Shown here: positions 52,001 through 63,350 of the stretch, in pieces
Position numbering within the stretch: the first letter of the stretch is position 1
How the letters are laid out: each line of letters starts with the position of its first letter
Origin: Octopus sinensis
Taxonomy: Eukaryota
Reading direction: 5' to 3'
DNA length: 64,000 bases
Assembly (NCBI RefSeq): GCF_006345805.1
Contig: NC_043020.1
Coordinates: forward strand, 25,854,001 to 25,918,000
Translations under genes and position numbers: made by a program
The notes under the pieces: model-generated
Told to the model about the DNA's origin: nothing
The model's input: the letters and a program-made list of their open reading frames with translations, nothing else
The model's database searches: none

Positions 52001-52682
52001 TCCATTTTGGGCTCTGTGGTTTTCAGTTCTTTGATTATTTTATTTTTTATATTATCATAATCATTAGGCTCCCCTTCGTTGTTTACATCGTGTTTGTTGG
52101 GAATGTTGCGTTTGTCTTCGTGTTTCACAGTTTCAGTGTTTATATTATTGGGCATTGTTGTGTGGCTTCTATCTACATTTTCCTGGTGTATGTTTTTTTT
52201 TAGGTGTTCTATTTCTATTTCTGATATTTTTTTGTGTTGAGAATGTATCTTCGTACGTTAGCTAATTTATTAGGGTTCATTGCTGTATCCAAGTCTATAT
52301 CTCTATTATTTTCCTTCCATATTTTATATGTATGTGTTGTATTTTCATTTTTTGGGTAGAGTACTGCTGTGAAGTATGCGTGTAAGATAGAAATGTATTC
52401 CTCACGTGTCCATTTACGTCTTTTGGGTTTTATTTGCGGGACATGAGGTACAACGTCCGGCCCATTATTTTGACGGTCGTCATTTTCGTAGGGTACCGGT
52501 CCGTTTATTTCTGTTGTCACATTATTTCGCACGTGTAGTTTTTCGTACATTTTTTGTTGTAAGTTTAATGTTATAAGTTTATTGTTATTCTTGGGTTGAA
52601 TAGTATCGGTGGCATTTAATTTCTTCGTAGTTCCTTTGTACATGGTGTTTGGGGTCGGAGATGATCGTGATGTTCCACGCAT
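49048..52682 (-). CDS. R4-clade RT/REL-endonuclease polyprotein (~1210 aa once a 1-bp frameshift at the T7 run 52227-52233 and an in-frame TAA at 51901-51903 are bridged; open from 51900 to 49048)
   Basis: RRKWTREEY; DITELNNLIYAAA; YRPITCL; GIFQGDTLSPLLF; LLYMDDLKLY; CRICGDGQETINHISSC; RPDIVV...LIDVSIP...KYKDL. Confidence 0.85.
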
Positions 52683-52883
52683 GTTTACATGTGTTGCGTT
52701 AGAGGCGGAGATGATATCGAGTCAAAATATATCATTTCGTTTCGAAAATAATAATAAATTTCAATTAGTATTACTTACTCGGATACAGTCCAATTCTTTG
52801 TTAGTAAAACTTTGGCTCCATAGGATGTCCTTGTTTTCGATGTTTGTGGATAGATTTCGGAGCTCTGAATTTTCCTTCTTACA

Positions 52884-52992
52884 TCTTAAACGTCCCCGGT
52901 GTTCCTCTTAAACGTCCCCGGTGTTCTCTTAAACGTCCCCGGTGTTCCTCTTAAACGTCCCCAGTGTTCTCTTAAACGTCCCCGGTGTTCTC

Positions 52993-52994
<2 letters not shown>
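52884..52994 (-). repeat. Five 21/22-bp monomers at the 5' end of the R4 element
   Basis: tcttaaacgtccccggtgttc(c) starting at 52884, 52906, 52927, 52949, 52970. Confidence 0.95.
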
Positions 52995-53047
<53 letters not shown>

Positions 53048-53127
53048 CATTATTATTATTATTATTACTATTATTATTATTATATTGTTATTATTATTGT
53101 TGTTGTTATTCTTATTGAGTATAATCT

Positions 53128-53460
53128 TTTATCATTTACTTGTTTCTGTCATTAGACTGCGGCCACGCTGGGGCAACGTCGTGAAAAATCTTAATTGAAT
53201 GAATCCACCCTAGTACTTTGTATTTTCATGCCAGGTACTTTTTCTATCGATTTCTAGGTGATTTCTTTTTGCTGGAAATCGGGGCCATCAGTTTCGAGAG
53301 AGTCGGAGAAGTCGCTTAAATCGACCCTAGTTCTCAAATAGTACTGATTTTATTGACCCCAAAAGGATAAAAAAGCAAAGTTGACCGCAGCGGAATATGA
53401 ATTTAGAACTGAAAGACGGTCGAAATGCTGCAACGCAATTTGGCCGGTGTGTTTACCATT
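53128..53460 (-). mobile_element. Adjacent SINE fragments (A-type tail, then family B body)
   Basis: tttacttgtttctgtcattagactgcggcc; gcaaagttgaccgcagcggaat. Confidence 0.6.
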
Positions 53461-54034
53461 CTACCTTCTCTTCACCTCGATATTCTATGACCTAAATGAG
53501 AACGAAGTCAAATATGGCTTTCTGTCCACATCCATTCTCGTCCAGCTGAGGTCATCGATGTCCAATCTCTTCAAGCTACATTTTACCACTTATTTTTATG
53601 GAACATCCAGAACGAAGCAGGCAGAAAGGCAATGGTTCTATCAAAACTGGGCAGGATTGTTATTACCCATCTGCAAAAAGATCACCTCGTCGCAATTTCA
53701 ACTCAGTCTGTAGCTGAGATTTATAACAAATATCGCAACACGTTCTATGCGACACACGCCATCGATCGAATGAAGTTGCTTTACATCGGCATAGATTTTA
53801 CACTTAAATTTAACAGCTTTCGTGTTATAAAAAGTTAGTAGCTTTCAATATGCCGGTAGGTATAGTAATCATTCAACACTCAAAAATTATCTGCATTATA
53901 AAAATCCAGCTGATAAAAGCTTCGCTAGAAATAAACTTATCTCCCCAGGGAAACTAAATACGTTTAATGGACATTTGTTTTAAAATGTGAAAAAATTCAC
54001 TTTACATGAAATATGACTCATTTTGTAATATTAC

Positions 54035-54190
54035 AAAGCTGGCAAAACCGTTGACATTCGTCTGTCTTAACGTTCTGAGTTCAAATTCCGCTGTGGACGA
54101 CTTTCGCATTTATCCCTTAAGCGTCAATAAAATAAATACCACTCGTGTCGATGTAAACGCCAAACACCAACCTCTAAGAGTTTCAGGAAT
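54035..54190 (+). mobile_element. SINE family B, diverged
   Basis: gttctgagttcaaattccgc...gtcaataaaataaatacc. Confidence 0.6.
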
Positions 54191-54664
54191 TATACCTATG
54201 TTTACTATACAGAGTACTCATTTTTTTTTTCGCATCTGCAAAAGAGTTTTTCTAAGCTTATTACATTAATGTAATACAATCGTTCCTGCATTTAATAAAC
54301 AATTTTCAGTATCACACGTGATGTCACACATGATGGACATGTGACATTATTTTACGAAATATGTAAATAGAACAGCGATAAACTGGTTGTTGCAAAATGC
54401 ATTCATTAGCTCGAGTGTTTCACAAATTTACTTCGGCTGCAGAAATGGAAGAAAGAAAAATTGATTAGCTGGCTGGAAATTTACAAACACCGACGCTATT
54501 GTTCACTAAATGCCCTATAAATTATTTAAATGTATTAGTTTTGCGATAAGCCTGGTTTCCGTAGCACCTTTCAATCGAATTTTATTACAGTTTTCCTCTT
54601 GAAGTTATTGAGCACCTTCAAATGTGTTTCCAGCCGTCCATGACGTGATAAGTGTTTCCTAAAA

Positions 54665-55040
54665 GACGCAGGTGTGGCTGTGTGGTAAGGAGTTTGCTTG
54701 CCGCCCACATTGTTCTGGGTTCAGTCCTAATGCATGGCACTTTGAGTAAATGTCTTCTATAGCCTCGAGTCTACCAAACCCTTATGCGTGGACTATTTAT
54801 ATCCGTGTATGTTTACGTTTGTGACAATGCTGTCCCTCTACCACCACTTAACAACCGGTGCTGGGACGTTTATGTCCCCTCAGCTTAGGGAGGACATGAT
54901 TTCTTGCAAATTGAATAATCACCTAGAGATCGATAAAATAAGTACCTGGCATGAAAGTACAAAGTACTGGGGTGGATTCATTCAAATAAGATTTTTCACG
55001 GCGTTGCTCCACCGTGGCCACAGTCTAATGACAGAAACAA
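54665..55040 (+). mobile_element. SINE family A-related copy
   Basis: gcaggtgtggctgtgtggtaag head, gggttcagtcc B box, cagtctaatgacagaaacaagtaaaag tail. Confidence 0.75.
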
Positions 55041-55102
55041 GTAAAAGATAAAAGATTATATTCAATAGGAACTGGAATGCTTGTGATGTGACAGTCTCAG
55101 AC

Positions 55103-55530
55103 GGGATCATTTCGGTTTGAACGGCAGTTTTTAAAAATAATTTCCTCGTAACTAAACACTTTTAAACTTCGTATACTGGTAGAATGTGTTTATAAGACAT
55201 CTTTTTCTCTTGGCTTTATTGAGAAGATTCTATTGTTTGTAAGATATTTGTTGCTTTTTTCTTCAATTTCTGCAATTTCAACCAATCAATGACGTCTACT
55301 GAGGTAAAAAAAAAACATTCTGTACCGTATGAATATGTCCCTCGTTTAAGAAACAGATTGGGTTTATTGACGTTTGTGAAGAAAATAAGATACCCTTCCC
55401 CCACCTCTAAGGCTAACTCTAACCCTAAAACAGATTGAAATGCAATAGATCGATACTAGGGTCATAATTATGGGTGACAATTTCATATGATACCGCTAGA
55501 AAAAACTGCCGTTTAAACCGAAATGATCCC
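55103..55530. mobile_element. MITE with 30-bp terminal inverted repeats (1 mismatch)
   Basis: gggatcatttcggtttgaacggcagttttt (55103-55132) and aaaaactgccgtttaaaccgaaatgatccc (55501-55530). Confidence 0.85.
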
Positions 55531-56094
55531 TCATGTGTTTTATTCCTCCGTGAAAGTAGTGTAGTATGCTGTGTGTATTTCAACACGTTACTGTATTAAT
55601 AAACGGCGCGATGTAAAGGGCTTCTCGCCACAGAATAAGCCAGATATGTGCATATTAATCATATTAACTGGCCCTTTCAGTACCATTATGAGACGTTTAG
55701 AATTTACGGTAACATTCTGCCAGATAGCGCTCGATTCATTATAAAAGCAATATTTACAAGTACGAAAGTTTTTAGTTAAATCTAGGAAATTTGCTAAACC
55801 AAGATTCCTATCTGCCTCGATCCAACTCTTTGAATAGATTGACAGACGCTTTGCTAACGTCATCCATTCATAATTTACAAAATTAATAAAATTTCACGAT
55901 GGTAACGATTGCAATCTTCACAATTCTCCTCCGCTGTAACTAAGACTCAAAATCATTAAATCTCTACTATTAGTACCGAGGTATGACCCTGTGGCAATGC
56001 TATACATTATGCTAACCCTGAAATGTTTCTGTGTTACAATGTTCTCTTGTAATTCTGTTGCAAAATAAATATTACTCATACACCATACTCTTTG

Positions 56095-56425
56095 CTCTCT
56101 TTACTCTTTTACATTTTTCTGTCATTTGACTGCGGCCATGTTGGAGCACCGCCTTTCGTTAAAGAAATCGACTCCAGGACTTATTGTTTGTAAGCCTAGT
56201 ACTCATTCTATCTGTCTTTTTTGACGTACCGCTAAGTTACAAGGACGTAAACACAACTGATACTTACATCGATCCCAGTGCGTAAATGGTACATATTTAA
56301 TCTAACCCGAAAGGATGAAAGGCAAAGTCAACCACAGCGGAATTTGAACTAAGAACGTAAAGGTAGACGAAATATTGCTAAGCATTTCGCCCGGCGTGCT
56401 AACGTTTTTGCCAGTTCGCCGCCTT
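56095..56425 (-). mobile_element. SINE A 3' half followed by a SINE B fragment
   Basis: cattttctgtcatttgactgcggcc; gaaaggatgaaaggcaaagtcaacc...ttcgccgcct. Confidence 0.7.
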
Positions 56426-56444
56426 AAAAATAATAATAATAATA

Positions 56445-56516
<72 letters not shown>

Positions 56517-56536
56517 TAGTATTACTAATAGTAGTA

Positions 56537-56569
<33 letters not shown>

Positions 56570-56767
56570 CTACTACTACTACTACTAATAATAATAATAA
56601 TATAATAATAATAATAATAATAGGCAGAAGTAATAGCTGAAGCGTCAGCAGTAAGACACACTCCTACCCATGGGTGTATATATCCCTAAAATATGTACGC
56701 ATATAAATATTTATCTACATGTTATATATATATATGTGTGTGTGTGTATCTATATACATATATATGC

Positions 56768-56836
<69 letters not shown>

Positions 56837-56855
56837 TATATACATATATACATAT

Positions 56856-56896
<41 letters not shown>

Positions 56897-56959
56897 TACA
56901 TATACACACACATATATATATATATATATCATAAATGCGCCCTTTTAAAGCTTAGCTAG

Positions 56960-57180
56960 ACTCATGGGCTTGGTTTCCCAGTTTCTATGGCGTATATGTT
57001 CCCCAGATGGACGAGACGCCAGTCTATCGCAGCGTTACACATTTTTTCCAGCTGAGTGGATTGGATCAACGTGAAATGAAGTGTTTTACTCAAGAACACA
57101 ACGCCTCGCCCGGTCCAGGAATCGAAACCACAAGCTTACCATCATGATGCCGACACCCTAACCACTAAGTCACTCGCCTC
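56960..57180 (-). mobile_element. SINE family C
   Basis: reverse tRNA-like head (ggaatcgaaacc...cctaaccactaag) plus caacgtgaaatgaagtg body shared with the copy at 15381. Confidence 0.7.
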
Positions 57181-57409
57181 AAAACATACACACATACATA
57201 CACGCACACACATAAACACACACAGACACACACACACACATAACCACACATAAACACACACACACACTCTCCCATACAAATATTTACATTTATTTATGTA
57301 ATAGTCGACCTACGTACCAAATTATTTACGTATCTATCAATATATCTATCTATCTATCTACCTACCTACCTACCTATCTATCTATCTATATATCTATCTA
57401 TTTGTCTAC

Positions 57410-57465
<56 letters not shown>

Positions 57466-58118
57466 ACACACATACACACACATACACTTTTGTATATTGC
57501 AATATCAATATGTACAATTTCATAATAATGATCTGGTTGGGTGTAATACATAATAGATATAATTTTACCGTCAGTTCCGATTTGACAAATATGAAGGCCA
57601 CTTAACCAATAGAAATATATTATATATAATATATACAAAACAGCCAATCAATTCCACGATTTAATATAGTGTGTATTTGGCACACGGTAATTGAATTATA
57701 CATACAAACATAGGCATATTCATACAGACATATATATATATATATATATAATTTTATTATGTTATATTATTGTGTCCATATCGGTAGCTTGTTTCACACA
57801 TATTTCTCACAATTAATCTTGATAGCTTGTCTTTGGTTAATAATCTGGCTTTAGATATTGTACAGTCGTAGCGAATTTCTATTCGTCTGGTTCCAGAACG
57901 AAATAAACTTTCACACACTCGCATCATATTTTTCTAATTTATAGGTTTACTACAGCGCGATCTAATCATGTTAACATTATTATCCTCGTTTGTGAGCGAA
58001 TGTCTGTTTCTATATACTTTTAATTTTGGTTTATTTCAGTGCATTTCTGTATGAATGGCGCATTGGCAAAAACGTTAAAGAGTACGACAAAATTGCCTTG
58101 CGATGTTTATTGTCTCTA

Positions 58119-58965
58119 AGGCGGGCGGCGAGCTGGCGTTCTGAGTTTACAATCCGCCGAGGTCAACCTTGCCTTTCATGCTTTCGGGGTCGATAAATTA
58201 AATACCAGTCGCGTACCTTCGTCGATTTAATAGACTGGCCCCCTCACCGAAAATTCGGGTTTTGTGCCTAGTGTAGAAAAAATTCTTTAAGGTGGCGTGC
58301 TGGCAGAAATGTTAGCACGCCGGGCGAAATGTGTAGCCGTATTTGGTCTGCCGTTACGTTCTGAGTTCAAATTCCGCCGAGGTCGACTTTGCCTTTCATC
58401 CTTTCGGGGTCGATAAATTATGTACTAGTTACGCACTGGGGTCGATATTATCGACTTAATTCGTTTGTCTGTCCTTGTTTGTCCTTGGTGTTTAGCCCCT
58501 TGTGACTAGTAAAGAAATAGGTATTTCGTTTTTCGTTTCGCTCTGAGTACAAATTTCGCCGAAGTCGACTTTACCTTTTATCCTTTCGAGATCGATAAAT
58601 TAATTACTAGTTGCGTCCTCGGGTCGATCTTATCGACTGGCCCCTTCCCCCAACATTTAGGTTCTTGTGCCTAGAGTAGAAAAGAAAAGAATCTTTAGCA
58701 CACCAAAACCAAATACTTAGCGGCATTTTATCTGTCTTTGTGTTCAAATTGCATTGATTGCACTTTTACCTTTCATACTTTCGGGGTCGAAGAAATAAGT
58801 ACCTATCGAGCGCTGTGGCCGATGTAATCAAGTTGATCCCTGCTTCGAATTTGCTGGCCTTGTGCTAAAACTTGAAACCGATATTCATTGTGGGTCTAAA
58901 GCGTTGACCTGAATCGTGCCAGCCAAAATGCTTGGCGGTATTTTGTCTGTTTACCTTCTGAATAT
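58119..58965 (+). mobile_element. Cluster of 4-5 head-to-tail SINE family B copies and fragments
   Basis: repeated ctgagttc/tacaaat..cgccga..tcgactt..cctttcatcctttcggggtcga and cttgtgcctag..tagaaaa blocks. Confidence 0.8.
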
Positions 58966-59046
58966 ACAGTTCTATATTTGAGAGACGAGGAATTATGTAC
59001 ATTATTTGCATTTGACGGATATTTGTCCTCATTTTGTTTGTTGTTA

Positions 59047-59090
59047 GCACAACATTTCGGCTGATATACCCTCCAGCCTTCAACAGATAT
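59047..59090 (-). ncRNA. Decayed minimal Penelope-type hammerhead relic
   Basis: minus strand ATAT-CTGTTGA-A-GGCTG-GAGGGTATAT-CAGCC-GAAAT-GTT/GTGC; A6U and C15.2U changes. Confidence 0.45.
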
Positions 59091-59639
59091 CTTGGGGAAA
59101 TATCCACAGCCCCCAGAGGGGAAATACTGTCTACTTTGTGAACCACTGTTTTAAACCCTTCAAGGCAGTTCCTTGAACAGTTTCAAAACCCTCCAAAGAA
59201 TTATACAAATAAATCTTTCTACAGCCTCCCTTTTAAAACCTGGAAACTATTCAATCGGACTCTCTTCCCAAACTGTGGAATTTTGAAAGAAGTTTGTCTC
59301 GTTGCCCGGAGTATTTCAATTCCTATAAATTTCACGTAAAATATTAGGAAATATATTCTCATTCTTTTTAAATCTCACCAGAATTTATTCCCATCGTTCT
59401 AGATTAGATTACAGCTTTCTCTCGTTTTTCTCTTGAAACTATTTGATTTGTTGCAGCAATTTAATCGGTTTTAGGTTTTATTCTTCATGTTATATGGGGT
59501 TTCTTTGCTTTTTGTTGTTCAATTTTTATTAAGGAAAAATTATGATATATTTATAAGCTTCCTTACAATTTAATTTTACTTTTTTAAATTTGTGTTTCAA
59601 ACTCAAAGTAGACGCCATTAATCTTCATATCTTCTTTTC

Positions 59640-59814
59640 CTTCAGCATCTTCATCACCACCATCATCATCGTCTTCTTCTTCTTCTTCTTCTTCTCTTCT
59701 TCTTCTTCTTCTTCTTCTTCTTCTTCTTCTTCTTCTTCTTCTTCTTCTTTCCCTTTCTTTTCCCTTCTTCATTTATTTCTCCTTATACCATTCTTTTCTG
59801 CTTCGTTTTCCTTT

Positions 59815-59905
<91 letters not shown>

Positions 59906-60155
59906 GTTGCTACTACTACTGCTACTACTACCAATACTACTACTACTACTGCTGCTGCTGCTGCAACTACTACTACTATTACTACTACTTCTGTTGCTAC
60001 TAGTACTACTGCTGCTGCTACTACTACTACTACTACTACTACTTCGTCTTCTTTGTCCCTTCCTCTTCTCGTTTCTGATATTTTTACTTTTATTATATAC
60101 TTCTAATACTACTACAACTACTACCACCAGTACCACCACCACCACCACCACCACT
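59640..60155. repeat. Compound trinucleotide tract (CTT, ACT, AAT, GCT, CCA)
   Basis: direct reading. Confidence 0.95.
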
Positions 60156-60451
60156 GTTGTGGTTCGTATCGTCATCATCCCCAGCATAAAAAGTCCTAAA
60201 CTACGTCAGCACAGAACTACCTCTATCCAGATCATGTACTGTCAACAACACTTTTTTTTACTGTAGGCACAAGGGCCCAAAACATACACAAACCCATGTG
60301 GTTGGGAAGCACACATCGTACCACACAGTCACGTCTGTTTTTTTTCTTTATTTCTTTTTTTGGCTTCATAGAAGCACACCGTCAGATCTGGTATTATTGA
60401 AATGCTATGTGTTAAAAATGTGGTGTAAAATATATGGATATCATAGAACAA

Positions 60452-60820
60452 CCTCTTTTACTCTTTTACTTGTTCCGGTCATTTGACTGCGGCCATACTG
60501 GAGCACCGCCTTGAGTCGAGCAAATCGACCCCGGGACTTATTATTTGTAAGCCCAGTACTTATTCTATCGGTCTATTTTGCCGAACCGCTAAATGACGGG
60601 GACGTAAACACACCAGCATCGGTTGTCAAGCAATGCTAGGGAGACAAACACACACACATACATGTATACGACAGGCTTCTTTCAGTTTCCGTCTACCAAA
60701 TGTACTCACAAGGCATTGGTCGTCCCGGGGCTATAGCAGAAGACACTTGCCCAAGATGCCACGCAGTGGGACTGAACCCAGAAACATATGGTTGGTTAGC
60801 AAGCTACTTACCACACAGCC
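60452..60820 (-). mobile_element. SINE family A, near full length
   Basis: tail to head in reverse orientation. Confidence 0.88.
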
Positions 60821-60993
60821 AATTTTATCAAATTTCGTCATAATCAATTTCACTTTTTTTATTATTCGGGATACAATAAACTAGCGTATCAACAATGTAT
60901 TGAGGTCGATATTATCGGCTCTCCGCTCCCCCACAAATTCTTGTCCTTGTGTCTCACGTGAGAAAGGAATTTCCTTTAATTTACACGTTACTC

Positions 60994-61849
60994 AATTAGA
61001 AATATTGAATATATAAATGTCTCAAAGAGACATGAGCGATGGTGGAGCAATAGAGTGGTTGTATAAAGTCAACATAACGTGACAGTCCCGTACAGGGAAT
61101 TACACCACCGCTATATAGCCCTAGGAAGCATCGACGGTTCCTGTCGGCTTTGACACATTTCCTGTGTCCTTATATTTGCAAAGGGGAGGCAACCACCCCC
61201 TACGGAAGGAAGGGCAAGCCTTTTTCTATCATACTCTCAATTTTGGTTAACTTGCGCCGCAGGGTCTCGAAGGAGATAGTGTTAGTTGAAGGCTACCAAA
61301 CCTGCCATACACAGATAACTTCAGCTTTATATATATATATATAGATATTATATTGTTTTCTGGCCAAGACATTATAATTTAATAACTTGTTAATATTTAT
61401 TGTATGATAGTGTAGAAGATTTGCCGGAACGCTAAATATATTGTAGAATATAGAATGCATTATGGAAAACGGTGAAATGTTATTGGATTGTCCACAATCA
61501 GTTCTTCTAATTGGAGACAGGATAGCAACGTCCAGGTATTACCCGTCATCAGTCCAGGGTAGCGTGTCCCCGCTAGCGGTGTTACTTGCCAAGCCTTCGC
61601 AAATATATCTATTTACAGTGAAATCTATTCACTGGTCACCGTAATTAGAAATATTGAATTTCTAAATGTCTCAGAGAGACATGAGCGGTTGTGGAGCGAT
61701 AGAGTGGATGTATAAAGTGAACATAACGTAAAAGTCCCATAGAGGGAATTACACCACCGCTATATAGCCCTAGGAATCTTCGATGCTTCCTGTCGGCTTT
61801 GACACACTTCCTGTGTCCTTATATTTGCAAAGGGGAGGCAAGCACCCCC
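60994..61849 (+). repeat. ~207-bp direct repeat (60994-61200 and 61643-61849), about 18 substitutions by eye
   Basis: aattagaaatattgaat...tttgcaaaggggaggcaa.caccccc occurs twice. Confidence 0.9.
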
Positions 61850-62578
61850 AACAATCACAGATTATTCTAATATGAGAGTTTTGCATGAAATCCGTGGTCG
61901 TTTTGGGAGTAATTTAGCTTGCAATTATTACTGAAAACCCTTGTACGTAACTATTATTTGATGAGACTAATAAAAGGTTCGCCATTAATTTCCTAACCAC
62001 CCGTGTTGCATTTAGTTGTCTGCGATTATTTCTAGCAACTCATTCCACCGCATACAGACCTTCCCAATTTAGTTCAGCACCAACACAACCTCATGCCAAT
62101 TACGTTATATAAATATGACAGCAACATCAAGTAATACCATACAACGATGGAATAATAATGACATGAACAGCAGATGATACAAACATCAGTATGACAAGCA
62201 ACAATGGAATAACAACGTCACAAACAGCAGAAACTGCGAAATGACTTTCCAACAATGGACGTTGCTATCCTGTCTCCAATTAGAAGAACTGATTGTTGAC
62301 AATCCAATAACATTTCACCGTAATGCATTCTATATTCTACAATATATTTAGCATTCCGGCAAATCTTCTACACTATCGTACAATAAATGTTAACAAGTTA
62401 TTAAATTATAATGTCTTGGCCAGAAAACTATATAATGTCTTTATATATATAAAGCTGAAGTTGTCTGTGTATGGCAGGTTTGGTAGTCTTCAACTAACAC
62501 TATCTCCTCCAAGACCCTGCGGCACAAGTTGACCAAAGTTGATAGTAGGATAGAAGAAGGCTTGCTCTTCATTCCGTA
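61201..62578. repeat. ~330-bp inverted repeat (61201-61534 vs 62256-62578) containing a Helitron 5' end plus its upstream flank
   Basis: tggacgttgctatcctgtctccaattagaagaac...tataaagctgaagtt...ttccgta occurs on opposite strands. Confidence 0.9.
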
Positions 62579-63056
62579 GAAGGAAAAATTCAAATCGGAC
62601 CATGTTAAGACTAAAAATTATTTACATCAAAAAGGTGCTTTTTTGCTATGAAAATCCCTATTTTTCACTATTTATAAAGCTGAAGTTGTCTGTGTGTGTG
62701 TGTGGCAGGTTTGGTAGCCTTCAACTAACACTATCTCTTCCGAAACCCTGCGCCGCAAGTTGATCAAAATTGAGAGTATGATAGAAGGTTTACTCTTCAT
62801 TCTGTAGAAGAAAAAATTCAAATTGGACCATGTTAACACCAAAAATCATTTACATCAAAAAGGTGCTTTTCTTCTATGAAAATCCCTATATTTTACGACA
62901 TTTTGACTGCTGTGTCGTTTTTTACGGTCTATTTCAACGAGAAAAATATTCACTTAAAGAGAATAACAAGCTACATAATGCAAAATTTTTACTTTTCAAA
63001 AGTTCCAGTTCTAAAAGGTTGAAACTAACCCGAGCAACGCTTGGCGATACTGCTAG
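62438..63056 (+). mobile_element. Non-autonomous Helitron with an internally duplicated 5' segment (225-bp period)
   Basis: 5' TC(T)TTATATATATAAAG; 3' hairpin ccgagc-aac-gcttgg (63030-63044) then CTAG (63053-63056) followed by T; the inverted copy retains the A|TC junction at 61346/61345. Confidence 0.82.
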
Positions 63057-63350
63057 TTTAGTAATATGGCGACGACATAATCGGATTAATGTAAGCGTTA
63101 TTTGATCAGTAATAAACTTCACGACCCGTTAGAGGATTCTTTAAATCACATGACTTGATTTTTCTGCAAGACGGTAATGAGATATCAACTGAGAAAATAT
63201 AAAATATGTTTCTCTGCGGATAGAAGTTGTTTTCTTTAAGATTGCCTTTAAATGATGAAGGTCATGTGACTAAGAATGGGAAGACTCATCGATGTCTCTC
63301 TGTCTGTGTTTCTCTCACTCTCTCTCTCCCACTTTCTTAAAACTTTCATT

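Larger units (their letters stand above)
48951..52994 (-). mobile_element. R4/Dong-clade non-LTR retrotransposon, subfamily 2, full length, inserted in (TAA)n
   Basis: (ATT)n at 48918-48950 and from 52995; single long RT-CCHC-REL frame; 5' tandem monomers. Confidence 0.93.

Noticed and set aside
53480-53590. Possible host exon on the minus strand (LKRLDIDDLSWTRMDVDRKPY)
   Set aside because: Short open stretch with no convincing acceptor or donor and no recognisable domain.
61520-61558. CTGATGA-CGGG-TAATA-CCTG on the minus strand
   Set aside because: GAAA is replaced by GACG and stem III cannot form; it also sits at a duplication breakpoint.
60994-61849. 207-bp direct repeats as an LTR pair (TRIM)
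   Set aside because: No TG...CA termini, PBS, PPT or TSD, and the interior is explained by the inverted duplication.
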